From assembly GCA_046754105.1 (NCBI GenBank), contig JBHHVD010000051.1:1-23000 (forward strand): a stretch of 23,000 nucleotides of DNA, given 5' to 3'. This stretch comes from Candidatus Krumholzibacteriia bacterium. GTDB taxonomy: Bacteria > Krumholzibacteriota > Krumholzibacteriia > WVZY01. This document shows, in pieces, positions 8,951 to 17,192 of this stretch; position 1 is the first letter of the stretch; each line of letters begins with the position of its first letter. The position numbers and the translations under genes were made by a program. Below the pieces are notes generated by a model, which saw only the letters and a list, made by a program, of their open reading frames with translations, had not been told where the DNA came from and ran no database searches.

Positions 8951-10270
8951 TTAGTTCGCGGGTGCCCACGGGTCGCGAATGGGGAGCACTTTCTTGACCT
9001 TGACCTTGGCCTCGTGTGCGAGTGTTAGGTGGTTGGTGACGACAACCTGTTCGCCGGGCGACAGGGAACCGCCCTGGAGAACGCCGGTGATCTCGGCCAG
9101 GCGATCGTTTTGTCTGCCGACCTTGATGTAGACCCATTTCGCCCTGGCTTCCTCGACTTTGAAAAGAAGCGGGCGGCCATCACGCGTCAGGATAGCCTCT
9201 TTTGGAACCAGGAGACGGTCGCTGAAGGTCTCGCCGGCGATGATCGCGCGGGCGAACATACCTGGCCGCACGCGCCCGTCCTCGTTCTTCAGACGCAGCA
9301 GCACCTGGCACGTTCGGCTTTCCCGGTCGAAGCGGGGGCTGATGACGTCGACCGTGACCCGCAGCGTTTCGGCCAGCGCCGGTACGGCCAGCAGGGCGGG
9401 GCGGCCGACTGCCAGCTTGCCGATGTCAGACTCGAGGACTCCAACCCTTGCCTCGATGTCCGTATTGTTCACCAGCGTGCAGATCGTCTGGCCGACGGTC
9501 ATCTGCTCGCCGGCGCTGATTTCGAGGTCCGTGATGACGCCGTCGAAGGGTGCGCGCAACTCGGTGCGTTCGAGTTCGAGCCTCGCGCGCTCGAGCGCCG
9601 CACGGGCGGCGGCGATACCGCTGCGGCCTGCGATGACGTCGACGCGAAAATAACCCTCCTTGAGGGCGTCGAGATCGAGGGCCACCTCACGGGCCAGACG
9701 TTCCTCGCGAGTGATGGCGCCCTTCTTTTCGAGCCGGGTGAGCTCGTCGATTTGTTTCTGGAGTTCGGCGGGGCGCTCGGGGACAACGAGCGACTCGTCC
9801 TCGATCGCCAGCAGACTCAACGCCTGAAAATATTTCGATCGCGCTTCTTCCTCCGCCACCGCGTATTCGCGGTCGTCCAGCCTGGCGATCAGGGCGCCCC
9901 TGCGAACGAACTGTCCTTCGCCGGCGACGATACGGACCAGGCGTCCGGCGATCTCCGTGCGAAGCTCGGTGCTGTGACGGGCCCGGATCGTGCCCTCGGC
10001 GATGACCGGTACCACCAGGTCGCCTCGAAACGCCCGCGCCACGCGCACCGACGTCGTGCGCTCACGGCGCTTGCGGGTCTTCTTTTTGGATCCTGGGGCG
10101 GCAGCCGAGTCGGCGGCGGTCCCTTTCGCGTCCCCGTTGCCCGTGGACGCGTTATCCGCCGCCTGGCCGGTCGACGTCTCCGATCCACAGCCGGTCGATG
10201 CCGCGACTGCCCACGCCAGCAGCACACACACGGCACCCCGTACCAAAGCACGCACGCTACTCCCCCTCAT
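8951..10270 (-). CDS. RND periplasmic adaptor (membrane fusion protein), predicted lipoprotein
   Basis: Lipobox-like ASTG-C after a hydrophobic segment; EGQFVRRGALIARLD; LRAPFDGVI; RPGMFARA; LLVPKEAI. Directly upstream of two RND genes. Confidence 0.93.
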   Translation of the reverse strand: MRGSSVRALVRGAVCVLLAWAVAASTGCGSETSTGQAADNASTGNGDAKGTAADSAAAPGSKKKTRKRRERTTSVRVARAFRGDLVVPVIAEGTIRARHSTELRTEIAGRLVRIVAGEGQFVRRGALIARLDDREYAVAEEEARSKYFQALSLLAIEDESLVVPERPAELQKQIDELTRLEKKGAITREERLAREVALDLDALKEGYFRVDVIAGRSGIAAARAALERARLELERTELRAPFDGVITDLEISAGEQMTVGQTICTLVNNTDIEARVGVLESDIGKLAVGRPALLAVPALAETLRVTVDVISPRFDRESRTCQVLLRLKNEDGRVRPGMFARAIIAGETFSDRLLVPKEAILTRDGRPLLFKVEEARAKWVYIKVGRQNDRLAEITGVLQGGSLSPGEQVVVTNHLTLAHEAKVKVKKVLPIRDPWAPAN

Positions 10271-10315
10271 GGTTACCGTTACACACCCGCACGTTGCACC
10301 CGCCGCCCCGACGTA

Positions 10316-11581
10316 CTACCGGCTCAACGTCAGCAGGTCACCGTCGAGCTGGTACGCAATAACACTCATCGGTTCCGGCTCTTCCTCTCCGATCTGGAAG
10401 GACTCACCACCGGCCTGCTGTGATATTGCCGCCTGCAGCAGATCGGTTACGACGTATAGCCGATCCTTGACGAAATAATATCCGTCCGTCAGCGAATCGC
10501 CCTCGCCTTTGAGCGTCACCTGGCGCAGAATGTGACCGTCCTTGTCATAGACGTCGAACGTCCCCACGATCCCCTCGGGGAGACCGCGGCTGCCGTCACT
10601 GGTCAGGACCCAGATGCTGCCGTCGTCCCGAAGGTAAAAAGACTCGATATCCTTGTGATAGTCGCTGACATTCACGGTGCTATTCGGTATCCGCCGCGCA
10701 AAGATGCCGTACAGGTCCTCGAGCACCTTGCTTTCTTGCGGTGTGCGCTTGCGGTGCTTGTACTCACGCTCGATAACGCGCTCGGGGGTGCCATCCGCAT
10801 TCCACACCTTTATTTGGTAGTCGGAAAAACTCGTCGCCGCGAAAACACGGCCCTTCTGGTCGACAACCCAGCGGCGGTCGAACGTGTCCCATGCCACTTC
10901 ATCCATCGAGGCATTTGCGAAATCGATCGTGCGCACGTCGCTGCAGTAGCGCGCGAGCTCGTTGCCTTCGCCGTCAATGGACGCCAGGTAGCGGGTCTGC
11001 TCGAACTTGCCCTCACTGAACGCGCTCAGGGCCGCGGCCAGGACCAGGTTGTTGCCGTTGGCCTGCCCCCCCACGAGGTTGATGAAGCCGCCGTCTTCCT
11101 GTTTCGGCAGGGGATGCTCGCCGGCGGGCTCGCCGTCCGGCGACAAGAGGACGATTTTCCCCGGCTGCACCTGGACGACGCCGATGTTACCGTCGGCCGT
11201 AAAGAACATCCCGGTCGGGGATTTGAATTCACCCGGACCCTCACCTTCGCGGCCGATAGCCCGGATGAATTCGCCGTTACTCGAGAAGATCCTCACCTGG
11301 GCGAGCTGAGAATCGAGAAGATATACGTTGCCCTCGTCATCGGCCAGGATCTGCGCTATAACGCCAAAGAACTCGTCTTCATCGTCCGTATCTCCCCCGA
11401 GCCGCCACAGCTCCTCCAGCTTGTACGCCGTGGATTGTTCTGCGCCCGCGGCGGGATTCATGACGTGTTTGACCCCGTCTTTTACGGCCTCCTGACCCTT
11501 CCACTCCCCTGCGACTACGGGTTGCCACGCGGCCAGCGCGACGAAGCATACCGCCCACGTCACCAGCGTTCTCTTGATCAT
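10316..11581 (-). CDS. Secreted 6-bladed beta-propeller (NHL-like) protein
   Basis: Sec-type signal peptide (MIKRTLVTWAVCFVALAAWQPVVA); LEELWRLGG...FFGVIAQILADDEGNVYLLD...FIRAIGREGEGPGEF is the typical NHL-like propeller blade. GGGGG SD-like site upstream. Confidence 0.8.
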   Translation of the reverse strand: MIKRTLVTWAVCFVALAAWQPVVAGEWKGQEAVKDGVKHVMNPAAGAEQSTAYKLEELWRLGGDTDDEDEFFGVIAQILADDEGNVYLLDSQLAQVRIFSSNGEFIRAIGREGEGPGEFKSPTGMFFTADGNIGVVQVQPGKIVLLSPDGEPAGEHPLPKQEDGGFINLVGGQANGNNLVLAAALSAFSEGKFEQTRYLASIDGEGNELARYCSDVRTIDFANASMDEVAWDTFDRRWVVDQKGRVFAATSFSDYQIKVWNADGTPERVIEREYKHRKRTPQESKVLEDLYGIFARRIPNSTVNVSDYHKDIESFYLRDDGSIWVLTSDGSRGLPEGIVGTFDVYDKDGHILRQVTLKGEGDSLTDGYYFVKDRLYVVTDLLQAAISQQAGGESFQIGEEEPEPMSVIAYQLDGDLLTLSR

Positions 11582-12033
11582 GGTTGACCCCCTTATAATG
11601 GATAGCTACCGGCAGACCTATTCCTGCCTACGGTCGTGGCGCTAGTATTGTTCCGGAAATTGCCTCTAAACCCCCGAGGGGTTCTTGGGTTCTACACGAA
11701 AGATTGCCGGGTATTCAAGCGGCTCGCCTGATCATAGCCGATTCGCGGCCCCTTGCATAGCCGGGTGTGCCCTAAGGACTTGAAAACACAAGGAACTAGA
11801 CGCCCCGGCCCGCGGACGGCAGCCGTTGGGGAGCCCCGTTACGGGCCTTGGCGCACCCGAAGAGTTTCATCTCGCTGGACCGGGCGATCATTTGCTACTC
11901 GACGAGAACGATTCCCGCTAGGTGGGGGAAGTGATCGCCGTCTGGGCTCGCAAGTACGTGACGGGAGAAGGCGGTGGTTGAGCGGCCGGTTTTTCTCCTT
12001 GCACCATCCCGCAGTGAAGGGTAGATAGAGGAC

Positions 12034-13911
12034 ATGACTGTGCGAGTCCCCAGCCGTATTCGAACCCCGTCCGGAGCCCTTGCCGGGGCACTCTTCCTGG
12101 TGGTGGTGGCGCTTGGGTGGCCCACCGCCGGGTGGACAAAATCCTATGCCATAGAGGGCATTGACGTCGAGGCGACGGTGAGGCCGGATGGGTCGCTCGC
12201 CGTCGTGGAAGAGATCACGTACGTTTTCAACGGCAGCTTCACCTACGCATTCCGGGACGTTCCGCTAAAACCGGGCGAGACGTTACGAGAGGTCAGCGTC
12301 CGTGACGGCCGCCGCGAGTACCGCCTCGGGGGCGGTTCCGCTCCGGGCACGTTCAAGCTGGTTTCCAAAGGTCCGAAGACGACGATCACGTGGTACTACC
12401 GCGCCTCGAACGAACGCGAGACCTTTTACTTCTCCTACGTGGTCGGAGGGGTTGTGAAGCGCCATCCCGACGTCGCCGAACTCTATTACAAGTTCGTCGG
12501 CGGCGACTGGGACCGGAGCATCGGGGATGTGCGTGTGACCGTTCACCCGCCTGCGGGCACGTCCCGTTCCGACGTGCGCGCCTGGGCGCACGGGCCGTTG
12601 AACGGCACGATCGACATCGCGGCCGACGGCGTCGTTCGCCTCGGGGTCTCCCACCTGCCGGCACGTACTTACTGGGAGGGGCGCATCCTGTACCCGCAGG
12701 ACCGGTTCGCCGCCGTACCGGCTGCGGGGGACCGGCCGCAACTCGAGACGATCATGAGCGAGGAGCGGGCGTGGGCGGCGGAGGCCAATCGAAAGCGCGA
12801 AGCCCGGATCGAATCCATGCGGCGCGCGGCTGCCCTGCGGGAGCAAAAGCGCGGCCTGGCGAAGAAATTTCTCGCCGTGTCGATCGTCGCCGGGCTGTTG
12901 GTCTTGATGTGGTGGTATCGGGCATTCCTGCGCTACGGCCGCCCACACCGCGTGGCCGCCCGCACGGCACGCGGCGAGATTCCGAGCGCCCACCGGCCAG
13001 CGATTCTCTCCTATCTCCTCCACCGGGGGGTGAGTGGGGCGGCGATGGTAGCGACGCTGCTCGATCTCGCCGACCGCGGTTACTTCACGATAACGGAGAG
13101 CCGGTCCGAGAAGAAGGGCTGGTTTGGGCGGATGCGCTCGGAAACGGATTACCGTTTCGACCTCACCGGGAAACGCATGCAAGACCTGGAACCGTTCGAA
13201 ATGCAGCTGGTCGAGTTCCTGATCACCGAAGCCGGAGACGTGACCGGGTTTACAATGTCGGGGCTCAAGGAGGCCGCGACGCGTCACCGTGCGACGTTCC
13301 GCAAGTGGTTCATGAAATGGTCGAAGAAAGTTAAGGAAGTGGGCAAGAAAATGGACTTTTTCGAGCCCTACCCGTCATCGGCGATGGCGCTGAACGCGAT
13401 CGCGGGAGTGCTGCTGATGGTGGCGGGCATCGTGTTTTGCAAGCTAAGTGACTCGGCGTCGGGTGCGGCCGCGATCGGAAGCGGTGTCCTGACGTTGTTT
13501 CTCACCTTGACGTTGCAGCGGCGTACGGTCGAAGGCAAACGACTACACGTCGCCTGGAAGGAGTTCCACGCGCACCTGCGCAGTATCGGGAAGGCGCTGG
13601 GACCGGTACGGCTGGATTCGAACGCCTGGGGCCGGTATATGGCGGCGGCCATCATATTCGGCATGCACAAACAGTTGTTTCCGAAGCTGCAAATGGTGGG
13701 GGACGACGGCGCGGCGATGGTGCCGGTGTGGTTCCTGGGCTCGCAGGGGAGCGGCGCGTCCTTCGACGGCAGCCTGTCATCGCTTGCCTCGGGGCTCTCC
13801 ACAATGGTCACGTCGGTCTCGACCACGATGAGTTCCGCCTCCGGAACCGGCGGCGGAGCGAGCGGTGGCGGTGGAGGCGGGAGCGGCGGCGGTGGAGGTG
13901 GGGCCGGGTGA
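12034..13911 (+). CDS. DUF2207-family membrane protein
   Basis: Signal peptide followed by KSYAIEGIDVEATVRPDGSLAVVEEITYVF; ELYYKFVG; ATLLDLADRGY; TM helices; C-terminal Ser/Gly-rich SGGGGGGSGGGGGGAG tail. Confidence 0.85.
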   Translation: MTVRVPSRIRTPSGALAGALFLVVVALGWPTAGWTKSYAIEGIDVEATVRPDGSLAVVEEITYVFNGSFTYAFRDVPLKPGETLREVSVRDGRREYRLGGGSAPGTFKLVSKGPKTTITWYYRASNERETFYFSYVVGGVVKRHPDVAELYYKFVGGDWDRSIGDVRVTVHPPAGTSRSDVRAWAHGPLNGTIDIAADGVVRLGVSHLPARTYWEGRILYPQDRFAAVPAAGDRPQLETIMSEERAWAAEANRKREARIESMRRAAALREQKRGLAKKFLAVSIVAGLLVLMWWYRAFLRYGRPHRVAARTARGEIPSAHRPAILSYLLHRGVSGAAMVATLLDLADRGYFTITESRSEKKGWFGRMRSETDYRFDLTGKRMQDLEPFEMQLVEFLITEAGDVTGFTMSGLKEAATRHRATFRKWFMKWSKKVKEVGKKMDFFEPYPSSAMALNAIAGVLLMVAGIVFCKLSDSASGAAAIGSGVLTLFLTLTLQRRTVEGKRLHVAWKEFHAHLRSIGKALGPVRLDSNAWGRYMAAAIIFGMHKQLFPKLQMVGDDGAAMVPVWFLGSQGSGASFDGSLSSLASGLSTMVTSVSTTMSSASGTGGGASGGGGGGSGGGGGGAG

Positions 13912-13939
13912 CCGGGTCGCGTTGCACGAAGGCATGCGA

Positions 13940-16426
13940 ATGAAGAACCGTACCGCACGCCCTCCGGGGGGCGACCGCCACGGCGACCCGCTGGCGAACG
14001 CGTTTCGCCGCTGGGGCTACCTGCAGGCGCGGCTCGACGCGCTCGAACGGCTTGGCGAATTCCATCATCCGGATATCTCGGATGCCGTTGCATCCGCGCC
14101 CGCGGCGGATGTGCAGTTGTGGCGGGAAGTGTATTGCGGAGCGATCGGCGTCGAGTTCATGCACCTCATCGACCGTCGTCGCGCGCGCTGGGTTGCCGAC
14201 TGGATGGAGGCGCCGGCGGATCCTCCGGACTTGCAACGCATCCTCAAACAACTCGCCGCCACCGAGCTGTTCGAGCGTTTCCTGCATGCGCGATACGTGG
14301 GCAGTAAGCGTTATTCGATCGAAGGCGTGGCGGGTGTCGTGCCTCTGCTCGCCGGTATTTTCGACGTTTTCGCCGATGGCGGGGGAGAGTGCGCGGTGAT
14401 CGCGATGAGCCACCGCGGCCGCCTCAACGTCATGGCCAACATCGTCGGGATTCCCGGGGCGGAGATCTTTGCGGAACAGGAGGACGTAGACCCGAAGAGC
14501 GTCCTTGGCAGCGGCGACGTCAAGTACCACCTCGGGGCCACGGGCGAGTTCGAGGCCGCGTCGGGTCGCCGTCTAGCCGTGCACCTCGCGAGCAACCCGA
14601 GCCACCTGGAGGCGGTGGGCCCGGTTGTCGCGGGCCGCGTTCGCGCCAAACAGGATCGTATCGGTGAGGGTGCGCGGGGCAAGATCCTGCCGGTTACCCT
14701 GCACGGAGACGCGGCGTTCGCAGGCCAGGGGATAACGGCCGAAACTCTGAACCTTTCCGGTCTGCCCGGCTATTCGGTCGGCGGCACCATCCGCGTCATC
14801 GTCAACAACCTGGTCGGGTTTACGGCCCGGCCCGGGGCGTTGCATTCGTCCCGCTTCTCATCGGACCTCGGCAAGCGGCTATCCATTCCCATAATACACG
14901 TCAACGGTGAGGAGCCGGGGGCATTGGCCCGCGCCGGGCGCATGGCGACCGAATACCGAACGGCGTTCGGCGACGACGTGATCATAGACCTCATCGGGTA
15001 CCGTAGATACGGCCACAGCGAGGTGGAGGATCCCTCGACGACGCAGCCTCTGCTCTATGCCAGGATCAAGGATCGTCCCATGCTTTGGGAGCTGTGCGCC
15101 GATCGTATCGGTGTGGGCGGTGACGAACGGGAGGCGCTACGCAAACGGATCTGGGAGCGACTGGTTCGCGAGCAGGAAGCGGGACGATCGATCGACGAAC
15201 GTCCCACAATGCGGACGATGCCGTCGTACTGGGACGGGTACCGAGGCGGCCCCGACGACACGGCGACACCGGTGGACACGGTCGTGCCCCGGGATCGGCT
15301 GCTGGCGATCGCGGAAGCGATGGCAACCACGCCGGATGGATTCCACGTGCACCCCAAAGTGGCGCGCGTGTTGGAACGGCGAGTGGACATGGTGCGCGGC
15401 GATCGTGCCGTGGACTGGGCCACGGCGGAGAGCCTGGCGTTCGGCTCGTTGTTGGCCGAGGGAGTGCCGGTGCGGCTCGCCGGTCAGGATAGCCGGCGAG
15501 GCACCTTCAATCAACGCCACGCGGTTCTTATCGATGTCACCGATGAGAGCGAATACACACCGCTCGCTCACCTCGCTCCGGACCAGGGCAGGTTTACCGT
15601 CCTTGATTCACCTCTGTCCGAGGCCGCGGCCCTCGGTTACGAGTACGGCTACAGCCGGGATTACCCGGATGCCCTCGTCTGTTGGGAGGCGCAGTTCGGC
15701 GATTTCGCAAACGGCGCGCAGACGATCATCGATCAATTCCTCGCCGCGGGCGAAGACAAGTGGGGACTCCTCTCCGGCCTGGTCGTGCTGCTGCCCCACG
15801 GCTACGAAGGTCAGGGCCCGGAGCATTCCAGCGCGCGGCTCGAGCGTTTCCTGCAGTTGGCCGCGGAGGACAATATGCAGGTCTGTCAGCCGGCGACGTC
15901 GTGCCAGTATTTTCACCTTCTGCGCCGCCAGGCGCTGCAGGAGTGGCGGAAGCCGCTCGTCATGTTGACCCCCAAGGGGCTGCTGCGCGCGGAGGCGGCG
16001 AGCTCGCCGATCGACGCCTTCACGGCCAACCGCTGTTTCCGACTGGTTCTTCCGGATACGAAGATCGAGGATGCGCGCCGCGTTCTCGTTTGCTCCGGCA
16101 AGATCGTCCACGATCTCAGGAAGGAACGTGACCTCCAAGGCGAGACGGCGACGGCGGTTATCTCGCTCAGCCAGCTGTACCCTTTTCCGGAGCGGGAACT
16201 GGAAGCGGAACTCGCCCGGCATCGCTCCGCGGGCAAGGTGGTCTGGGTGCAGGAGGAGCCTGCGAACATGGGCGCCCTTGCCTACGTCCGGCCGCATCTG
16301 CAGAGGGTTCTCGGGGACCGGCACCTGACGACCATCAAGCGCTCCGCGAGTGCAAGCCCCGCCACCGGATCGTCCAAGGCGCACAACCTCGAACAGCAGG
16401 CATTGATTCGACTTGCATTCGCGTGA
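13940..16426 (+). CDS. sucA: 2-oxoglutarate dehydrogenase E1 component (ThDP-dependent), N-terminally short form
   Basis: KRYSIEG, MSHRGRLN, GDVKYHLG, NPSHLE, HGDAAFAGQG, GQDSRRGTF, WEAQFGDFANGAQ, LLPHGYEGQGPEHSSAR. Start is ATG 13940 (GAAGG 7 nt upstream) or 13934, not 13865. Confidence 0.93.
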   Translation: MKNRTARPPGGDRHGDPLANAFRRWGYLQARLDALERLGEFHHPDISDAVASAPAADVQLWREVYCGAIGVEFMHLIDRRRARWVADWMEAPADPPDLQRILKQLAATELFERFLHARYVGSKRYSIEGVAGVVPLLAGIFDVFADGGGECAVIAMSHRGRLNVMANIVGIPGAEIFAEQEDVDPKSVLGSGDVKYHLGATGEFEAASGRRLAVHLASNPSHLEAVGPVVAGRVRAKQDRIGEGARGKILPVTLHGDAAFAGQGITAETLNLSGLPGYSVGGTIRVIVNNLVGFTARPGALHSSRFSSDLGKRLSIPIIHVNGEEPGALARAGRMATEYRTAFGDDVIIDLIGYRRYGHSEVEDPSTTQPLLYARIKDRPMLWELCADRIGVGGDEREALRKRIWERLVREQEAGRSIDERPTMRTMPSYWDGYRGGPDDTATPVDTVVPRDRLLAIAEAMATTPDGFHVHPKVARVLERRVDMVRGDRAVDWATAESLAFGSLLAEGVPVRLAGQDSRRGTFNQRHAVLIDVTDESEYTPLAHLAPDQGRFTVLDSPLSEAAALGYEYGYSRDYPDALVCWEAQFGDFANGAQTIIDQFLAAGEDKWGLLSGLVVLLPHGYEGQGPEHSSARLERFLQLAAEDNMQVCQPATSCQYFHLLRRQALQEWRKPLVMLTPKGLLRAEAASSPIDAFTANRCFRLVLPDTKIEDARRVLVCSGKIVHDLRKERDLQGETATAVISLSQLYPFPERELEAELARHRSAGKVVWVQEEPANMGALAYVRPHLQRVLGDRHLTTIKRSASASPATGSSKAHNLEQQALIRLAFA

Positions 16427-16445
16427 CGGAGCGACTCCGGCATCC

Positions 16446-17192
16446 ATGGCACAGATTGTTCTCCATAACACGAGCAAATACTACGCGGATGAGACCGCAC
16501 TCGACGGCGCCGAGGTGACGTTCGAAGACAACGTGACCACGGCCATCGTGGGCCCGAGCGGCGGCGGCAAGTCGACAATGTTGCAACTGATCAACGGTCT
16601 CGTACGCCCGGACGCCGGGCGCGTACTCGTTTTCGGATCGCCGATCGACTACGAGGGGTTGGTGGAGCTGAGGCTGCGGATCGGCTACGCCGTACAGGGC
16701 GCCGGCCTTTTCCCACACATGACGGTGTGGGATAACGTAACCCTGCTCGCGCGTCTCAACAACTGGACACGCGATGAGATACATGACCGCGCCGCGATCC
16801 TGATGAAACTCGTGGGGTTGCCTCCCGCGCTGCGTGGGCGTTACCCACATGAATTGAGCGGCGGCCAGCAGCAGCGAGTGGGGCTGTGCCGCGCGATGAT
16901 GCTCGACCCGAAGATCTTTCTCCTCGACGAGCCGTTCGGGGCCGTGGATCCCATAACGCGTCGTGAAATCCACGGAGAGTTCCTGCACCTGCAGGCGTCC
17001 GAAGCGCGAACCATCGTACTGGTGACGCACGATATAGGGGAAGCGCTCAAGCTCGCGCGGCGCCTGGTCATACTCGACCGGGGACGCGTGATTCAGCACG
17101 ATACCTGCGAAGCGGTTCTCGAGCGGCCGGCCACGGATTTCGTAAAAGAGCTGTTCCAATCGCAGAGCGACGCGGGGAGGTCCGTCGATTAA
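16446..17192 (+). CDS. ABC transporter ATP-binding protein, osmoprotectant (OpuCA/YehX-like), lacking CBS domains
   Basis: Walker A GPSGGGKS, GLFPHMTV, RYPHELSGGQQQRVG, LLDEPFGAVDPITR, VTHD. ATG 16446 preferred over TTG 16413, which overlaps sucA. Confidence 0.9.
   Translation: MAQIVLHNTSKYYADETALDGAEVTFEDNVTTAIVGPSGGGKSTMLQLINGLVRPDAGRVLVFGSPIDYEGLVELRLRIGYAVQGAGLFPHMTVWDNVTLLARLNNWTRDEIHDRAAILMKLVGLPPALRGRYPHELSGGQQQRVGLCRAMMLDPKIFLLDEPFGAVDPITRREIHGEFLHLQASEARTIVLVTHDIGEALKLARRLVILDRGRVIQHDTCEAVLERPATDFVKELFQSQSDAGRSVD

Noticed and set aside
5837..11587. Long antisense ORFs (5837-7303, 7997-9028, 9029-10423, 10532-11587; also 18238-19638)
   Set aside because: Shadow ORFs opposite strongly supported genes in high-GC DNA, with no recognisable motifs.
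11753..12139. Short ORFs in the divergent intergenic region as peptide or RiPP precursors
   Set aside because: No convincing SD, leader or core motif, and no adjacent PqqD/SPASM-type maturase.
13848..13908. GGN repeat tract as a tandem repeat or G-quadruplex element
   Set aside because: Fully explained by the Gly-rich tail typical of DUF2207 proteins.
13865..13939. GTG 13865 start for sucA
   Set aside because: It lies inside the Gly-rich 3' end of DUF2207; intergenic ATGs at 13934 and 13940 are more plausible.
16424..16445. Hairpin CGGAG-CGA-CTCCG directly after the sucA UGA as a SECIS
   Set aside because: It is too close to the UGA, SucA is complete at this point, and there is no Cys-equivalent context.
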